Assembly (NCBI RefSeq): GCF_006345805.1
Contig: NC_042998.1
Location: 172,732,001-172,796,000 of the forward strand
Length of the DNA: 64,000 nt
Direction of reading: 5' to 3'
Source of the DNA: Octopus sinensis
Lineage: Eukaryota
The translations under genes and the position numbers were made by a program. Below, one piece after another: positions 37,101 to 50,218 of the stretch. Each line of letters begins with the position of its first letter. Position 1 is the stretch's first letter. The notes under the pieces were generated by a model. The model saw only the letters and a list, made by a program, of their open reading frames with translations, ran no database searches and was not told the DNA's origin.

Positions 37101-38134
37101 AGGCCTTATACAGCTGGAAAACTACTATAAAATAACCACCATAGGACTGCAAAAATACCTACTTCAGAAGGAAGGAAACTGATCCAGATAGCAGCAAAAC
37201 ACGAGCAAAACAAAAACTGTTCTCAGTATTTAAGGAAGCTGACAAATACAAACAAGAAATCATACCACCTAATAAACAGAAAAAGAAGAAGAAGATGATG
37301 AAGAAACAACAAAAGCTATAAAACAAATGAAATCCAAACTAAAAATAGAACAGCAACGAGCCATGATAAAACGATGGCAAGAAAAGCCCCTTCATGGTAA
37401 ATACTGCACTAAACTAAACGCAAAAGAAATAGACAAAGAAAAATCCCAGCAATGGTTGAGAAGCTCAGGACTCAAAGCAGAAACAGAGGGATTTTTAATT
37501 GCAGCACAAGACCAAAGCCTCCCCACCAGAAATTACCAAAAACATGTAATGAAAAGAAATATTACAAGTAACTGCAGATATGCGGAGATGAACAAGAAAC
37601 AATAAATCATATTATCTCTAGCTGCCCAGTCCTGGCTAAGAAGGAATATATTCACAGACATGACAGAGTTGGAACCTACATACATTGGAAGCTATGCCAA
37701 CATTATGGAATAACAACAGAAAAAAGATGGTATAGGCACACACCAGAAAAGGTCACAGAAAACGAGAAAGCAACCATACTCTGGGATATGCCGATACACA
37801 CAGATAGAGAAATTAAGGCCAACAGACCAGATATAGTTGTCAGAGATCATGAAGAAAAAAATGCTTTCTAATTGATGTATCAATACCGCAGATGACAACG
37901 TGTCTCTAAAAGAAATGGAGAAACTCTCAAAATACAAAGACCTGGAAATAGAGATAACTAGAATGTGGAACCTGAAAACAGAAACAATTCCTATCATAGT
38001 AGGTGCATTAGGCATGATAAAAAAATATTCAGACAAATACATAACAAAAACACCAGGACTTACAAACACAGACAAGGCACACAGACCTGCGCTCGGTAGT
38101 GATGTGAAAGCACGCTATAAAAATAAAACTACTG
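34175..38134 (+). mobile_element. Near full-length (~4 kb) R4/Dong-like non-LTR retrotransposon in an (AAT)n array
   Basis: N-terminal RRKWTREEY (Myb-like); RT ORF 36100..37182 (QKGCRKG, IDYKKAFDSIPH, GIFQGD, LYMDDLK); CCHC knuckle at ~37570-37625; REL (RPDIVV..IDVS..K). Frame broken mostly by small indels; (AAT)n on both sides. Confidence 0.93.
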
Positions 38135-38160
38135 AATAATAATAATAATAATAATAATGG

Positions 38161-38209
<49 letters not shown>

Positions 38210-39164
38210 AATAATAATAATACTAATAATAATAATGATAATAATAATAATAGTCCGTTGTACTATAGGCAGAAGGCCTGAAATTTTTGGGAGGGTGATA
38301 GTCACTGTGAGTTAGACATAACACTTGTAATTCCTACGTAAAAAAGAATATTTTCCTAAATAGGTCACAATTTGATAGAAAATGTTTGATAACAATTTTG
38401 TTTTTGGATTACTTTATAGCAGATTTCGATTTGATTTCAGATGCTGAATCTCTTGATCACATGCAGGAGAAGATATGATTCAAATAAAAATTTAAAAAAC
38501 TATTACAAAGTAATACTAGTACTGGAACACAGAAAATCCTTAGAATCAAGCAATGGAAATCGATCAGTGTATTAATAACGCTGGAATAAGTATAAGAATG
38601 AAATAACAAAAAAAAACAACTTTTCTCTATATTAAAGTAGAAACAAGAACTAACTACACCGACGAAATAGCATAAAAGATGCAGTACTGATAAATATATG
38701 AAATATTGAAGCACACCGTACAATATCGTCATAAACTTTAAAAATACCACCTGGAGGATTTACAAATATTTTTTCATTTAACTGCCATAAATATCAGTTC
38801 ACAACGCATCGTTTCCTCTCTTTATCTCTCCTCTGATTCCCATCTATTACAAGTTCACCCAACCCCAACTGATACGATCATCTTTTCTCTTATCTTTCTT
38901 ATTGCGTCTCTTGCTGCCAAATCTCTGCTGAACCTTCTCCTAAACTACAAGAGTCTTTGAATTTTCTTTCTGTTTAAGTTTTCCCTACAAGCATTACTCT
39001 GTCAATGTTACAAATCCAAATCAAGAAGTGTTAGACAAATGTAATAGTTACTTTTCTTTCTCTACGAAATGAATTAATAAAACACACCAAGTATTTGCAG
39101 CTTTTTCTAATAATCTATGAAAGTAGCATAAAGACCCAAAAATACCAGACAATGTGTTCATGAG

Positions 39165-39350
39165 ATACCCTCATTAAAGAGAGCTCCTTCCTGGATGGTG
39201 TCCAGTCCGTTGCAGATTTAACTTCAAGCGGTGCCTCTCATTTTCAGCAGCGTGCACTGGAGCATCGCAAAGTGAGGTGTCTTTCTTAAGGACTCCTTGT
39301 GCACCCGGTCCGCGAATCGGTACCACAATCATGAAGCCACACGTCTTGAC
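39165..39350 (-). mobile_element. Old SINE-like remnant
   Basis: Degenerate tRNA-like head at the right end; weak similarity only. Confidence 0.3.
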
Positions 39351-41084
39351 AATAATTATATTTTTAACACAAACGAAAACTCATGGCATAGAGCATTATC
39401 ATTTATAGATAAACGACGAACTAAAGAAAAAACAACATAAATATATGACTCAGCACGAACAGACTATGATATAGGAAACATCATACAATGTTTTATAATT
39501 TACTCGGCAATGGACTGAAAACTTGACACCATTTTTCACAGTTATGAAAATAGAGCTTAAAGAAAGGGGATAAACAAAATAAATCTAAACCTGCGAAAAT
39601 ACCAAAAGAAGTTCCTTACAAATGCTCTGAAATGAACAGTAAATAAATGAAAGAATAATGTAAAAGTGGTTAAATAAACATGATAGTGAGGTGGGAGATG
39701 AACGAAATGATAAAGTAAAAACTGTAGTCAAGGATTAGTCAATGACCTAGTTCTTTGCGAGGAACAACAGAAACAATTTCCCTGGTACGTGTCACGTACG
39801 AGGAAACGTGAACTTGTTTTTTGTTCAGAATTTGAAATTGATGGTTTTAAGCAAAAGTAATTTGATACATTTGAGACGAAGCTATGTATATTTCACTTGT
39901 AGGTTAGTGTTACATATATTGATGAGCTAAGTTTCGGAATACTATATTTCAGGATTTGATAAAAGTACCTTTGTCAGTTATTTTCATATATAAATATTTT
40001 GAAATCAAATAAAACTTAATATCAAGTAGGCTTACATTTGATACACACTTTCAGTTACATAAACAAAAGCTGAAAATGAACTTAAATCTCTCCCTGTCAG
40101 TATTTAACTATTTAACTGTTTTCTGTCGTTATATCGCTCCCACTACCTCGTCTGGAACGTATATTATTATGGAGCTCATAAGATGGCAAAACGTTGTCGA
40201 GATATACATATATGGATACAGGCCACAGACAGAATCAAATGATAAAAGGAAATTTAGTTCGATGCACCTATTCTGTCAGATGATCACTCCGATACACACG
40301 CGCACACACAATACATATATCTGACGGATTTTTATACAGTTAATCTACACGTTTTTACTTAAAATGCCTCAGCCAATTTAAGGCTATTAGCCAGTAATAT
40401 TTAAAAGGAATTGCGTTGTTGCTGCGGTTGTTGATTACACCAAAGTTAGTTTTCATAGAGCAGACTTGTGCTTAAAAATAATCCAGCTATTACTATCCTA
40501 CAATTTTTTTCAGGAGCATATTATTCAATGTGTAATGTTTTTGGAAGACGTTTAAGTATCGTTTGGAGATTTGGCCATATTTTCTAGAGAGAAAAGTGAA
40601 TATTTTGAAACTCACGTGTGTTGGCTCGTAAAAAACTACGTTGTATATAAACATACTTGTATTCTTCTTGCATAATTCTTGTTGATTGAGAATAGCCTGA
40701 AGTTCAACGAATATCTTGCATACTGAAGCAATGTAGGCGGCAAGCTAAAAAATCTAAATGACTTGTGAAAGGCAATTATTTTAAAATGTTTCCTACATCG
40801 CTTTCTAATAAATAAATATTTGACGCTTCATTTCTTTTTTTGCAATAAAGGGGCCGACAATCAACCACGCGAACTAAGTTGAGAAAAATTGTACAAACAA
40901 TTTGTTGGCGAATGTTTACATATTTAATACAAGGAGCATTAATTATGACAACCAAACTTATTTCTTTAAGTATAAGTTTGAAAGCGGACTCAACGGGAAT
41001 GAGTTACAATTAGGTGAAATAATCTCCAAGCGGTTTAAATGCACAAGTCTCCAATATCTAAGTAGCTAAAAAAAGGTTAACGAA

Positions 41085-42060
41085 AGGATGCCCAGGAGAT
41101 ATGACTTGGATGCGGTGCGCCCTCTTAGTGTGCATGAAGTTAAAGGCCGAAACACTTGCATGAGGTGGGTGTCTTCTCTGAAGAACTGTTATCCAGTCAT
41201 CTTGAATGTTTCTTACCACTGACACATAGCTAGACCATTGGCTTCTAGGAACATGGCGGATGATCTCTGAGAAAGACCGGGCGACTTTAAAAGGCGAGAT
41301 ACACAGGATGTGAGGATTAGCTCGTTGCTTTGCCGTTATTCTAAAAATGCTACGAGTTCAGCAATGGAAGATGCTCCCAAAGTTCAACGAAAGAGGGAGA
41401 GAATGATGAATCCATTGGTAAAAAAGTTTCGTTACGATCTGGAATTCAGAGATCCACATCAGACTACAAGCATAGGACAAAGAGAATTTCCATGTATCTG
41501 TGGCAGCAGTTTCTTCACTCTACGTGACATGAAGATCTAAAAGTCGAAAATGTGATGTGTAAGGACTCTGTTAAAAGAATAGCAGCGCATTGCTCCAGCA
41601 TCTAAGACGTCGGAACCAAGAGCAGGAGTCAAACTTACAGTTCCAAGAACATCCATGCTGTTGATTCAGGCGAAAGATTTATACAGACTGTTTATATCAG
41701 ACGCTGTAAAGTCACCTTGCAGCTTGTAAGAACAAAAGAAGAATGGGAGACACTGGACCTGAAAACAGTCCAGAAACTGAATGTGCTCAAAGAGAAGAGC
41801 ACTCTGGAAAACAAGCTAGCCACTTGCGGAGATATTGTTTATACGATATGCAGAGACATTTATAAAGTAAGAGGGTCAAAAGCGAACTCACTTATCTAGA
41901 AATCCAGACGCCAGTAATAGATGGATAATATCTGGAGGAAGAGAAGGGATCTGAAGAAACAGATGAAAGTTGTCTCGAAATGTGAAAAACACGGAGTAGA
42001 AAAGCTCTAGAGAGATCTCGAAGCGAGACTTTAGCCCTTAGCGAAGCAAAAGCAGCAAGG
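41085..42060 (+). mobile_element. HERO-like (R2-group REL) LINE 5' remnant
   Basis: FPCICGSSFFTLRDMKI..KM.C zinc-finger-like start; EEWETLD..LENKLATCGDIVY; RRQ..DNIWRKRRDLKKQMK. Family name assigned from recalled motifs. Confidence 0.55.
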
Positions 42061-42467
42061 TCTCCCAGGAGTCATGACCTGGATGCTCCTCAGCCCCCAC
42101 AAAGTGTAAGGCTGAAACTCTTGCTTAAGGTGGACCAGCGTAGAGGAGGTTGAGGGGGCGGCACCACTTTGTGGTCTGCTGTAGGCAATATGTATGTTTG
42201 TGGGAGCCCGCGGGTCATAAACAGGAGGTCCCGGGCGGCACGCACTCTAGCTATGCTAGTGCTAAGGAGGGTTTCTTCTCTGAATACCTTCTGTTATTCA
42301 GCTCTCTAAAGAGTATCTTACCACTATTTTAACTGGATATACTAAAGTGATTGTGCATGCAAAAAAAATCATTGTTCACAAGCCAACAAAGGAATCTCTA
42401 TGTGTTTGCTTCTTCTGTTAATATAGCTGCTATATTTCTCACAAATTACACAGTAGTATACTCTTTT

Positions 42468-42729
42468 ACTCTCTCTTATACTTGTTTCAGTCATTTGATT
42501 GCGGCCATGCTGGAGCATCGCCTTTATTCGAGCTAATCGATCCCAGGACTTATTCTTTGGAAGCCTAGTATTTATTCTCTCGGTCTCTCTTTTCGCCGAA
42601 CCGCTAAGTTACGGGGACGTAAACCCACCAGCATCGGTTGTCAAGCGATGTTGGGGGGACAAACACAGACACACAAACATAGACACACATACATACATCC
42701 ATCCATCCATACATACATACATACATACA

Positions 42730-42765
<36 letters not shown>

Positions 42766-42964
42766 TATTATATATATATAAATAGAATGATAGATACATA
42801 GATATAGATATAGATATACATATATACGACGGGTTTCTTTCAGTTTCCGTCTACCAGATCCACTCACAAAGTTTTGGTCGGCCCGAGGCTATAGAAAACA
42901 CTTGCTCAAGGTGCTACGCAGTGGGACTGAACCCGGAACCATGGGGTTGGTAAGCAAGCTACTT
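42468..42964 (-). mobile_element. SINE family B, head slightly truncated
   Basis: Matches 26146-26545. Confidence 0.9.
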
Positions 42965-43139
42965 TTATTCATTAAATTTACCATATAGGCAGCACATAGA
43001 TAAGGTAGTTTTGCGGGCTGGACACAGGCATTGATGAGACGAATGATTATGATACAAAAATGATAAGGATGGGAGAAGACAGAATGCTAAAACATTGTCC
43101 TTTAAAAACGCATATACAGAGGTATTAACCCTCTTACAA

Positions 43140-44100
43140 TTTAAAATACCATATATTTGGACTAAAAAGTCCATACAATTATAAAACACAAATTATATAC
43201 AAATTGGAGGCGATGAACCTCTACAGTCCTTCCCCGAGTAATTTTCTTCCAACTTGCAGGCATTCCTGTAACTGCAATCCGAGGTTCCATAAAAAAAATC
43301 CTATAATTCTCGTTTTTATACGAGTCAATTATGAGATCACAATACTTTCTTTCCAGCATCAAAGAAGCCACCTGCGGAGGCCACTCTGGGCGGTCAATAC
43401 AAGTCGTGTCCCCCAGGATCCGACTATCCCCATTATTCTGCACAAAACTGTCAATAGCCCCTCCCATGAGATAGACGACCATATATTCTTCACCACTTTC
43501 ACTGGGAGAGTCAATAACTCCCTCGCTCGGTGGCACACATCCCACTGACGAGGTTATCTTCTTCACCCCCTCCGGCGGCACACATCCCACCGAAGGGGTT
43601 TCGGGACATGCCGTCGCCGGCAATGCCCCGTTTTTCTTTTTTCTCTTCTTTCTCCTTTTACGACTGGAGGGGGGAGTTCCTCCGACGTCTTCGGAGGACC
43701 CTCTCTCCCCACGCCGTCTTAGGATCCATCGCTGGGCAACCATTGTTGTCCACCTTCTTTCTTTTCTTCCCCTTTGTTTTCGAGGAGGTTACCTACTCCT
43801 CGACTTTTTCCTCCGCTGGGGGAGCAGGGGACACCTTTTCAATTAACTGTTCCAGGGTCCTTGCCTGGTCCCGGCGACAGTTCTTCTTTATATGGCTCGA
43901 TTCCAGGCACAAGTGACACTTCGGGGGACGTCCCTCAACCATCATTGGGTACCTGGAACAGGCTATTGTTAAAAAATCTAGTAAAACCAGATCATCGGCT
44001 AATTGGGTCCATAGGGTCAAAATTGCTTTTGACCCGACCCAATCAACCGCAGGCAACATATATCTGTCGGGGAAGAGGTAGGAGGATTCAAACGAATCAA
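43140..44100 (-). mobile_element. Tx1/L1-like ORF1 (gag-like) remnant with CCHC zinc knuckle
   Basis: VEGRPPK-C-HL-C-LESS-H-IKKN-C (CX2CX4HX4C) followed by a basic stretch RKRRKKRKKK. Confidence 0.7.
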
Positions 44101-44771
44101 TCTATGCTTTTAAATGTAAATGTCAAACAATTTTGGCAAAGAACCTGAACGCAAAAGAGTAATTTTTCAAAATGTTGGCTATGATTGAGGAAGTTTTAAG
44201 GAGAGAAAGATTGAAAGAGATGAAATTTATCTTGAAAAAGTTGAAGAAAAATATTTTCAGACAGATTGGTTGAAATGTTATATGAGTAAAGGTGGGCCAA
44301 AACGAGAATAATACCTATATACTGAGAGAATAGCTTGAATGATAAAAAAATGGAGAATTAATAGGTATTAAGGATAGATTTAGTAGGATAATCAACTAGT
44401 TCATAATAAAACAAGAAAGCTCAATGTCAAAGTACGAGTACATCTTAAGTAGTGGTATACAAAAATTAGACGTAAGTGTTTAGCTCAAAATAGAAAATAA
44501 ATAGATCACACTTGTGCAAATAATTATGGATTATTTAAATGGAAATACCCACATTGAATAAATGGAGAAAGGATTGTGTATACGTTTTCTAATAAAATAA
44601 ATATCATCATTATATATATAATATCATCAATATATATTCGATGGAAGTCATGGAAGAAGTTGGAAATAAGACAAACTGATATATCATAGTTTTCACAAAA
44701 GAGATATTAATGTAATTGCTGAAGTTTGTAGATGCAGAACGGGAGGTGGCTACTATTTATAAGTAGTTTAA

Positions 44772-44979
44772 CTCTTTTGATACTAACTCGGTTGAAATGG
44801 CCACTGGCTCTGTAGTACAAATGTCTTACTTTCAAAAATTCTTCCACGAAACTAGTCACAATTTACGTTCCTAACACTAGCTGAATGATAACTAAGTTAT
44901 TTTTCTAAATTCTTTGTTACATTTAAAATTAATTGAAAGAAACACAGAGCATCTCAACAAAAATATGGTAACAAAAGAG
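44772..44979. mobile_element. piggyBac-type MITE
   Basis: TTAA at 44768-44771 and 44980-44983; TIRs CTCTTTTGATAC / GTAACAAAAGAG (11 of 12 match). Confidence 0.8.
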
Positions 44980-46247
44980 TTAAAATGAAAGAAACACTGC
45001 TGTATTTCCAGAAACTAGATGTCAAAATGATCAAGTTTGTCCTAATTATCCTAATTTGGAATTGTGAGACTAAATTTGGTATTCTAAATATTTAGTTTTG
45101 TATTTTTGTGTTGACTAGTTCAGAAAGCAAACAGACACTACGAAGAAAAGAGAAAGATAAGATAGATTGAACAAAAGATATATAAGTTGTTACTGAAATA
45201 GACGTGTTGAGTAGACATGACTATAGTAACTTGCAGACTGTTTTCAAATTGTTGTTACAATCATTATGACAATGTTGTAGATTTATTGTTTAGGTGTCTA
45301 TTTGAAATTGTTTGCACACAAAATTAAAACTTTACTGAAAGGAAAACACGGAAATTTAAATGTATATCTACTGTTACTAAAAGTAATCTATTGAATAAAC
45401 GATTATAACTCTATGTAAAGGAACGTTAAAAAAGAAAAAGCTGATTTTAGTAATGACAATTAGGAAGAACCAATCTACCGTATGTAAACTACTATAAGTG
45501 ATTTTTATATAACTATTGCATTTGTCTAAGAGACATCTGGCATATTAAAACTAATTATTTACTAGTTATAGTTCCAAAAGAGAAGCATTGTAGATTAGAA
45601 AGTTATATCGCAGGGGATTAATTTAGAGGCCTATTTTCATTTCCTTTTCGTACAAAGTTTCTTTCAACATCTCTAATGTAATGTAGAAAGATATATAATT
45701 TGCATTTCTCCTCTATGAACTACATGTGCTCAGAATCATATGGAATTGGGTACCAGAAAGATGTTCGAATGATTTTTATTGAATGGTAATGGATACAATT
45801 TGGAAAGGATTTAAAAAAATGAAATATAACTTAAATACTTTGAAAACTAATCTAGGATTGAACACGATCATATTTTCTAAACCAAGGGCCTGCAAGCTAA
45901 AATAACTTATATGACACAATATAAAAACGAACGTCCAGATATTCACTTTTAGTTTCTGTAGCAAATAAGACATTTAAATTGCAATCTTTTAGTTTTAAGA
46001 AATAAAAACAAGTAAAAATGGAGCAGCAGTAGTTCTAAAGGAAATAAACCACAAGAAAACTTGCTATTATTTCTTATCTTTATACTGAATGGATGAGAGC
46101 GTCATAAAAATAATGGTAATATGTTGGTAAAAGAAGAGAAATGTGATTGTGAAGAATAGAAAAGAAAAATGGAAATTTACGATATAAACACATTGCCTGC
46201 ACTTAGTTTCGAACAAGTACGCATGAATGTATGCATATAGACGTATG

Positions 46248-46312
<65 letters not shown>

Positions 46313-47829
46313 GCATGTATGTATGTCTACATGTACGAATATACGTAAGTATGCATGTATGTATGTTCATATATACATATTAAGCATATATATATATATA
46401 TATATATATTCATACATAGGTATACTTATGTATGTATACATACACTACACACACATATGTATATATATATACTTATATGTACACACACAAACACTCACAC
46501 GCATACACACACACATAATAAGATATGGTCTACGCAACAGAAACAATGAGGATGAAGTTAAAAGCATATCAATAAATTATTGAATTCGTTCAGAATTTAT
46601 AAGAATTTATTGGGCAGGCGTTCAACTCTTGTCTCCATTATTTGAATGTGAAATACTTTTCTATTGAAAAAAAACCTGGTACTTATTTTCTCAATTTAGA
46701 AGAACTTAGATAACTGAGAATTAAATATTTTACTCTGAAATACAACATAACAACCGTAGGGGGCTTTGAGTTCACCCACTTTTCTTTAGATACTACTGCA
46801 ACTTAAACAAATCTTAATGCACTGCCTAGAAAAAATATGGTTGCTTTAAAAGGTTTTAACAGAATAGAAAAAATCAATTGCAACTATAATGGTTAAAAGA
46901 TGGTTAGAGAATTTCATTGGGAAGAATAGAAAAGTGGAAAATTAAGAAATATGTATATACATTGCCTGATCTGCATTCTAAAGATGCGCGTATAGATCAT
47001 TCGAGAAATTGCGATTGTAGATTGTTGTCACAGGGAAAGATTTAACGGTAGTGAAAATGAAAACGGTGAGTTCTAGTCTTAAGACAAATATAGAAAGATG
47101 ACTATCGCTTGTACAGAAGCATGAATACATGTATTCAAAACATTTATCACATTAACGTTTACATGTGTTTTTGAAAGCGAAAAATTTCCCCAAGAACCTT
47201 GTTACGTGAACAAGATGGTTGTAAATTTTATAAACCTAGTCCAATAATACTAAAATAGTATAGACGAAATTTAGACAGCAGCTTAAATTAACGTCTTTGC
47301 CATAGATCAGTATTAACATATTTGTGGAAATGTTTAAATTCTATTTTCAGCGAACGTAAAGCCTTAAAGAAAATCGGGGGAAAAAACGGAAGTAATGCTA
47401 TATGCCAATATGAATGAATGAATGGTATATTAGACGACCAATGTGTTTCGCAGAACGCTGAGACACTGAAAAATATCCACGAAACATAAAATACCTAAAA
47501 ATGTTACCGTAGATTTATTGTTTGGATATTTCAGAAATGAAATTAAAGACCTCTTGAAATATCTGGCTGAAGGGTTTTATTAACATATAAAATATGTTTA
47601 AAGACGAATGAATTATAGCTATACATTAGATAATGTATATAGTCCATTGACTAAAGAATACTATATGGTTGAAAAGATTAAATAGATGAAGTAAAAACCC
47701 ACTAAAAGTAAAGAAATGATTCTCACACTTGGGCCTCTCGAAGATTTCTGATGAACATAAAGTGTTTTTAATTCTTAGATGATTAAGATTCTACTTCAGT
47801 ATTATAGAAATAGCTACAATGAGTAGAAA

Positions 47830-48931
47830 AAATTTAAACTACAGAATAACACGACAAAATTGCAATCTATGAAAAATAGAAAGGATCTCATACAGCAAGA
47901 AGCAATGATAATTGCTGACTTGCTTGAATCCACAGAGCGGGTGAAACATCCTGACCATCACCATTACAAATTTTACAAAATTTTTAGTAATGGATAGATA
48001 CAAAATATGCGAAAAGAAGCAGTATCGCGTTAAAGTTTTCAGACTCATATATGCCACATTCCATGAAAGATGAATATTGCAGTGCAATAGGATGCGTTAA
48101 CCAAAGGGTAAGATAAAATATGGTCAATTCAAATGGCTCAACTGAGATAGAAACCGCACGGCAAAATAAAGCTTTCTGGGAAATCAGTACCATTTATTAC
48201 AGATAATGGTTATTGATTTAAATGAAGTCAAGGAATGAGCAGCTTTGACGATTATTTAATAAGATCAAATGTAGGCCATGAAATATGGAATATGATGTAT
48301 TTTGAGACTGGTTAGATAAAGAAAAATATATCTAGACATTAGAAAAGGCGTCATTGATTCTAACAAATCAATGAAATATTCAGCAAAATACAAAATTATG
48401 ATAGTAAAGAAAAACAAATGTAGGCATGTCAGGATTGCATCATAAACATTATAGATTATATTGTCACATACACACACATTAAAATATACAAATGTGAGGC
48501 TCTTGATATATGGTCCGTGTGAGCAAAAGCAACTACGTGTCTGTATTAGAAAAGAGATAACTATCTAATAGTAAAACAAAGGATGCTATGGTCACGGTTA
48601 GAAAATATATTCAGTGTCTAGAGTGATTATAAATAATGCATGACAGTAGGCTTTGAAAGACTGATGAGAAAAGATGCAAATAATGTTTGATAGTGTAGTA
48701 TGAGAATAAAAGTTTCAAACTAAGTTAAGAGTTTTGGACGAAAAGAGTTATTTCTGGCTAAGCCGTCACAAAGATTAGAAGAAATCCTTCTCACTCGTTA
48801 ATATTGTAGGAATATATATGAGAAACAAGAGCATAGAACTTAAGAGGATTGCAAGTGGTGGTAAATATATGTAGATTATGCAGTACAAGAAAACCTGTCC
48901 TATGTCATGCTCTTTGCATGTAAAGTAATTG

Positions 48932-48989
<58 letters not shown>

Positions 48990-49520
48990 GATATATGTTT
49001 GAGAAAGTGATAGTAATACTTTTGCTAATAGTGAACGGTAGATATCTAACAGACAACGCTGCACATTAAAGGTCAAAATTAAAACCAGAAAAATATTTTT
49101 AAAAAGGACGAAAGAAATTATCAGGAAAACTCTCCTATGAATAACATCAAACAATATTAAGAAAACATCGAGAGCTAACTCTTGGGAACGTATGAAACAG
49201 CATCAAGAAAATATGAAGATGAATCTTCGTGGAATTTAAATATTTCAAAGCAGCTGGAAATAAGTAGAATTTTGTTGCTAAGAACTAAGAGGAAATAAAT
49301 TCTCTCCTAATAGAAGTATAAATACCAACAGAGCATAATGAATCTCTAAAAGAAATGGTGAAACTATCCAAATATAAAGACTTGGAAATAGAGATACACG
49401 GAATGTAGGAATTGAAAACAGAAATAGTCCCGATAATAATAGGCCTGCTCGCATATATAAAAAAAAATCTCAAATACAAGGGACCTACACATATATCCGA
49501 CATACAAAACATGGCATGTA
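47830..49520 (+). mobile_element. Ancient R4/Dong-like LINE remnant
   Basis: NYRIT.., CRLC.. knuckle, and LLIEV.IPTEHNESLKEMVKLSKYKDLEIE..IVPIIIG at 49300-49450. Confidence 0.5.
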
Positions 49521-50218
49521 ACGATATTACATTGTTTACTTTCAACACAATACTAGAAAACAAATCTCAAAAAAAAAAAAAATACTGAATGTAACCAATT
49601 GTTTGTAAAAGTATCCAGTAACAATTTGATTGATAACAGTAAAATATAGCAGAGGAAGACGACGAAGGAACATACGGAAAACTGGGTTAAAACACACAAA
49701 AAACATTTGAACACATTATCCATTATCGACCAAAAATTAGCACAGTTTCAACGCCTTATCAATTACTAGCACAAAAATCTGGGGGCACAGTTCATTATAG
49801 CAGAAATAGCAAAGTAACAGAGCTAAATATGCAACTTTTGTTCTTTTGTCATTCATTTATTAATATTATAATCTGTACTGATCTGTTGGTTTATATGAGA
49901 GTCCGAGCAGAAAACGTTTTACAGTTCACATTTCCTCGTCACCGGAAAATATCTCAATATATTTTAAGAGAGGTTGAGCTACTAAATTATATAAAATTTA
50001 ATATATGTGTGAGTGTGTGTATGTATGTGTGAGTGTGTGGATGTGTGCGTGCGAACGCGCACATACATATGTATGTATGTGTGTATATATATATGTGTGT
50101 GAGTGTGTATGTAAAATTTAATTTATATTACCAATTAATTATATAAAATTTTAATTTAAAATTTTGTTAAAAGTTTGCTCTGAGATATTTAACATTACTA
50201 TTACAAATTTATTGTGAA

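Noticed and set aside
44100-47700. Further exons or an intact LINE in this purine-rich stretch
   Set aside because: Only scattered, stop-ridden LINE-like words; no consistent frame or splice pair I can support.
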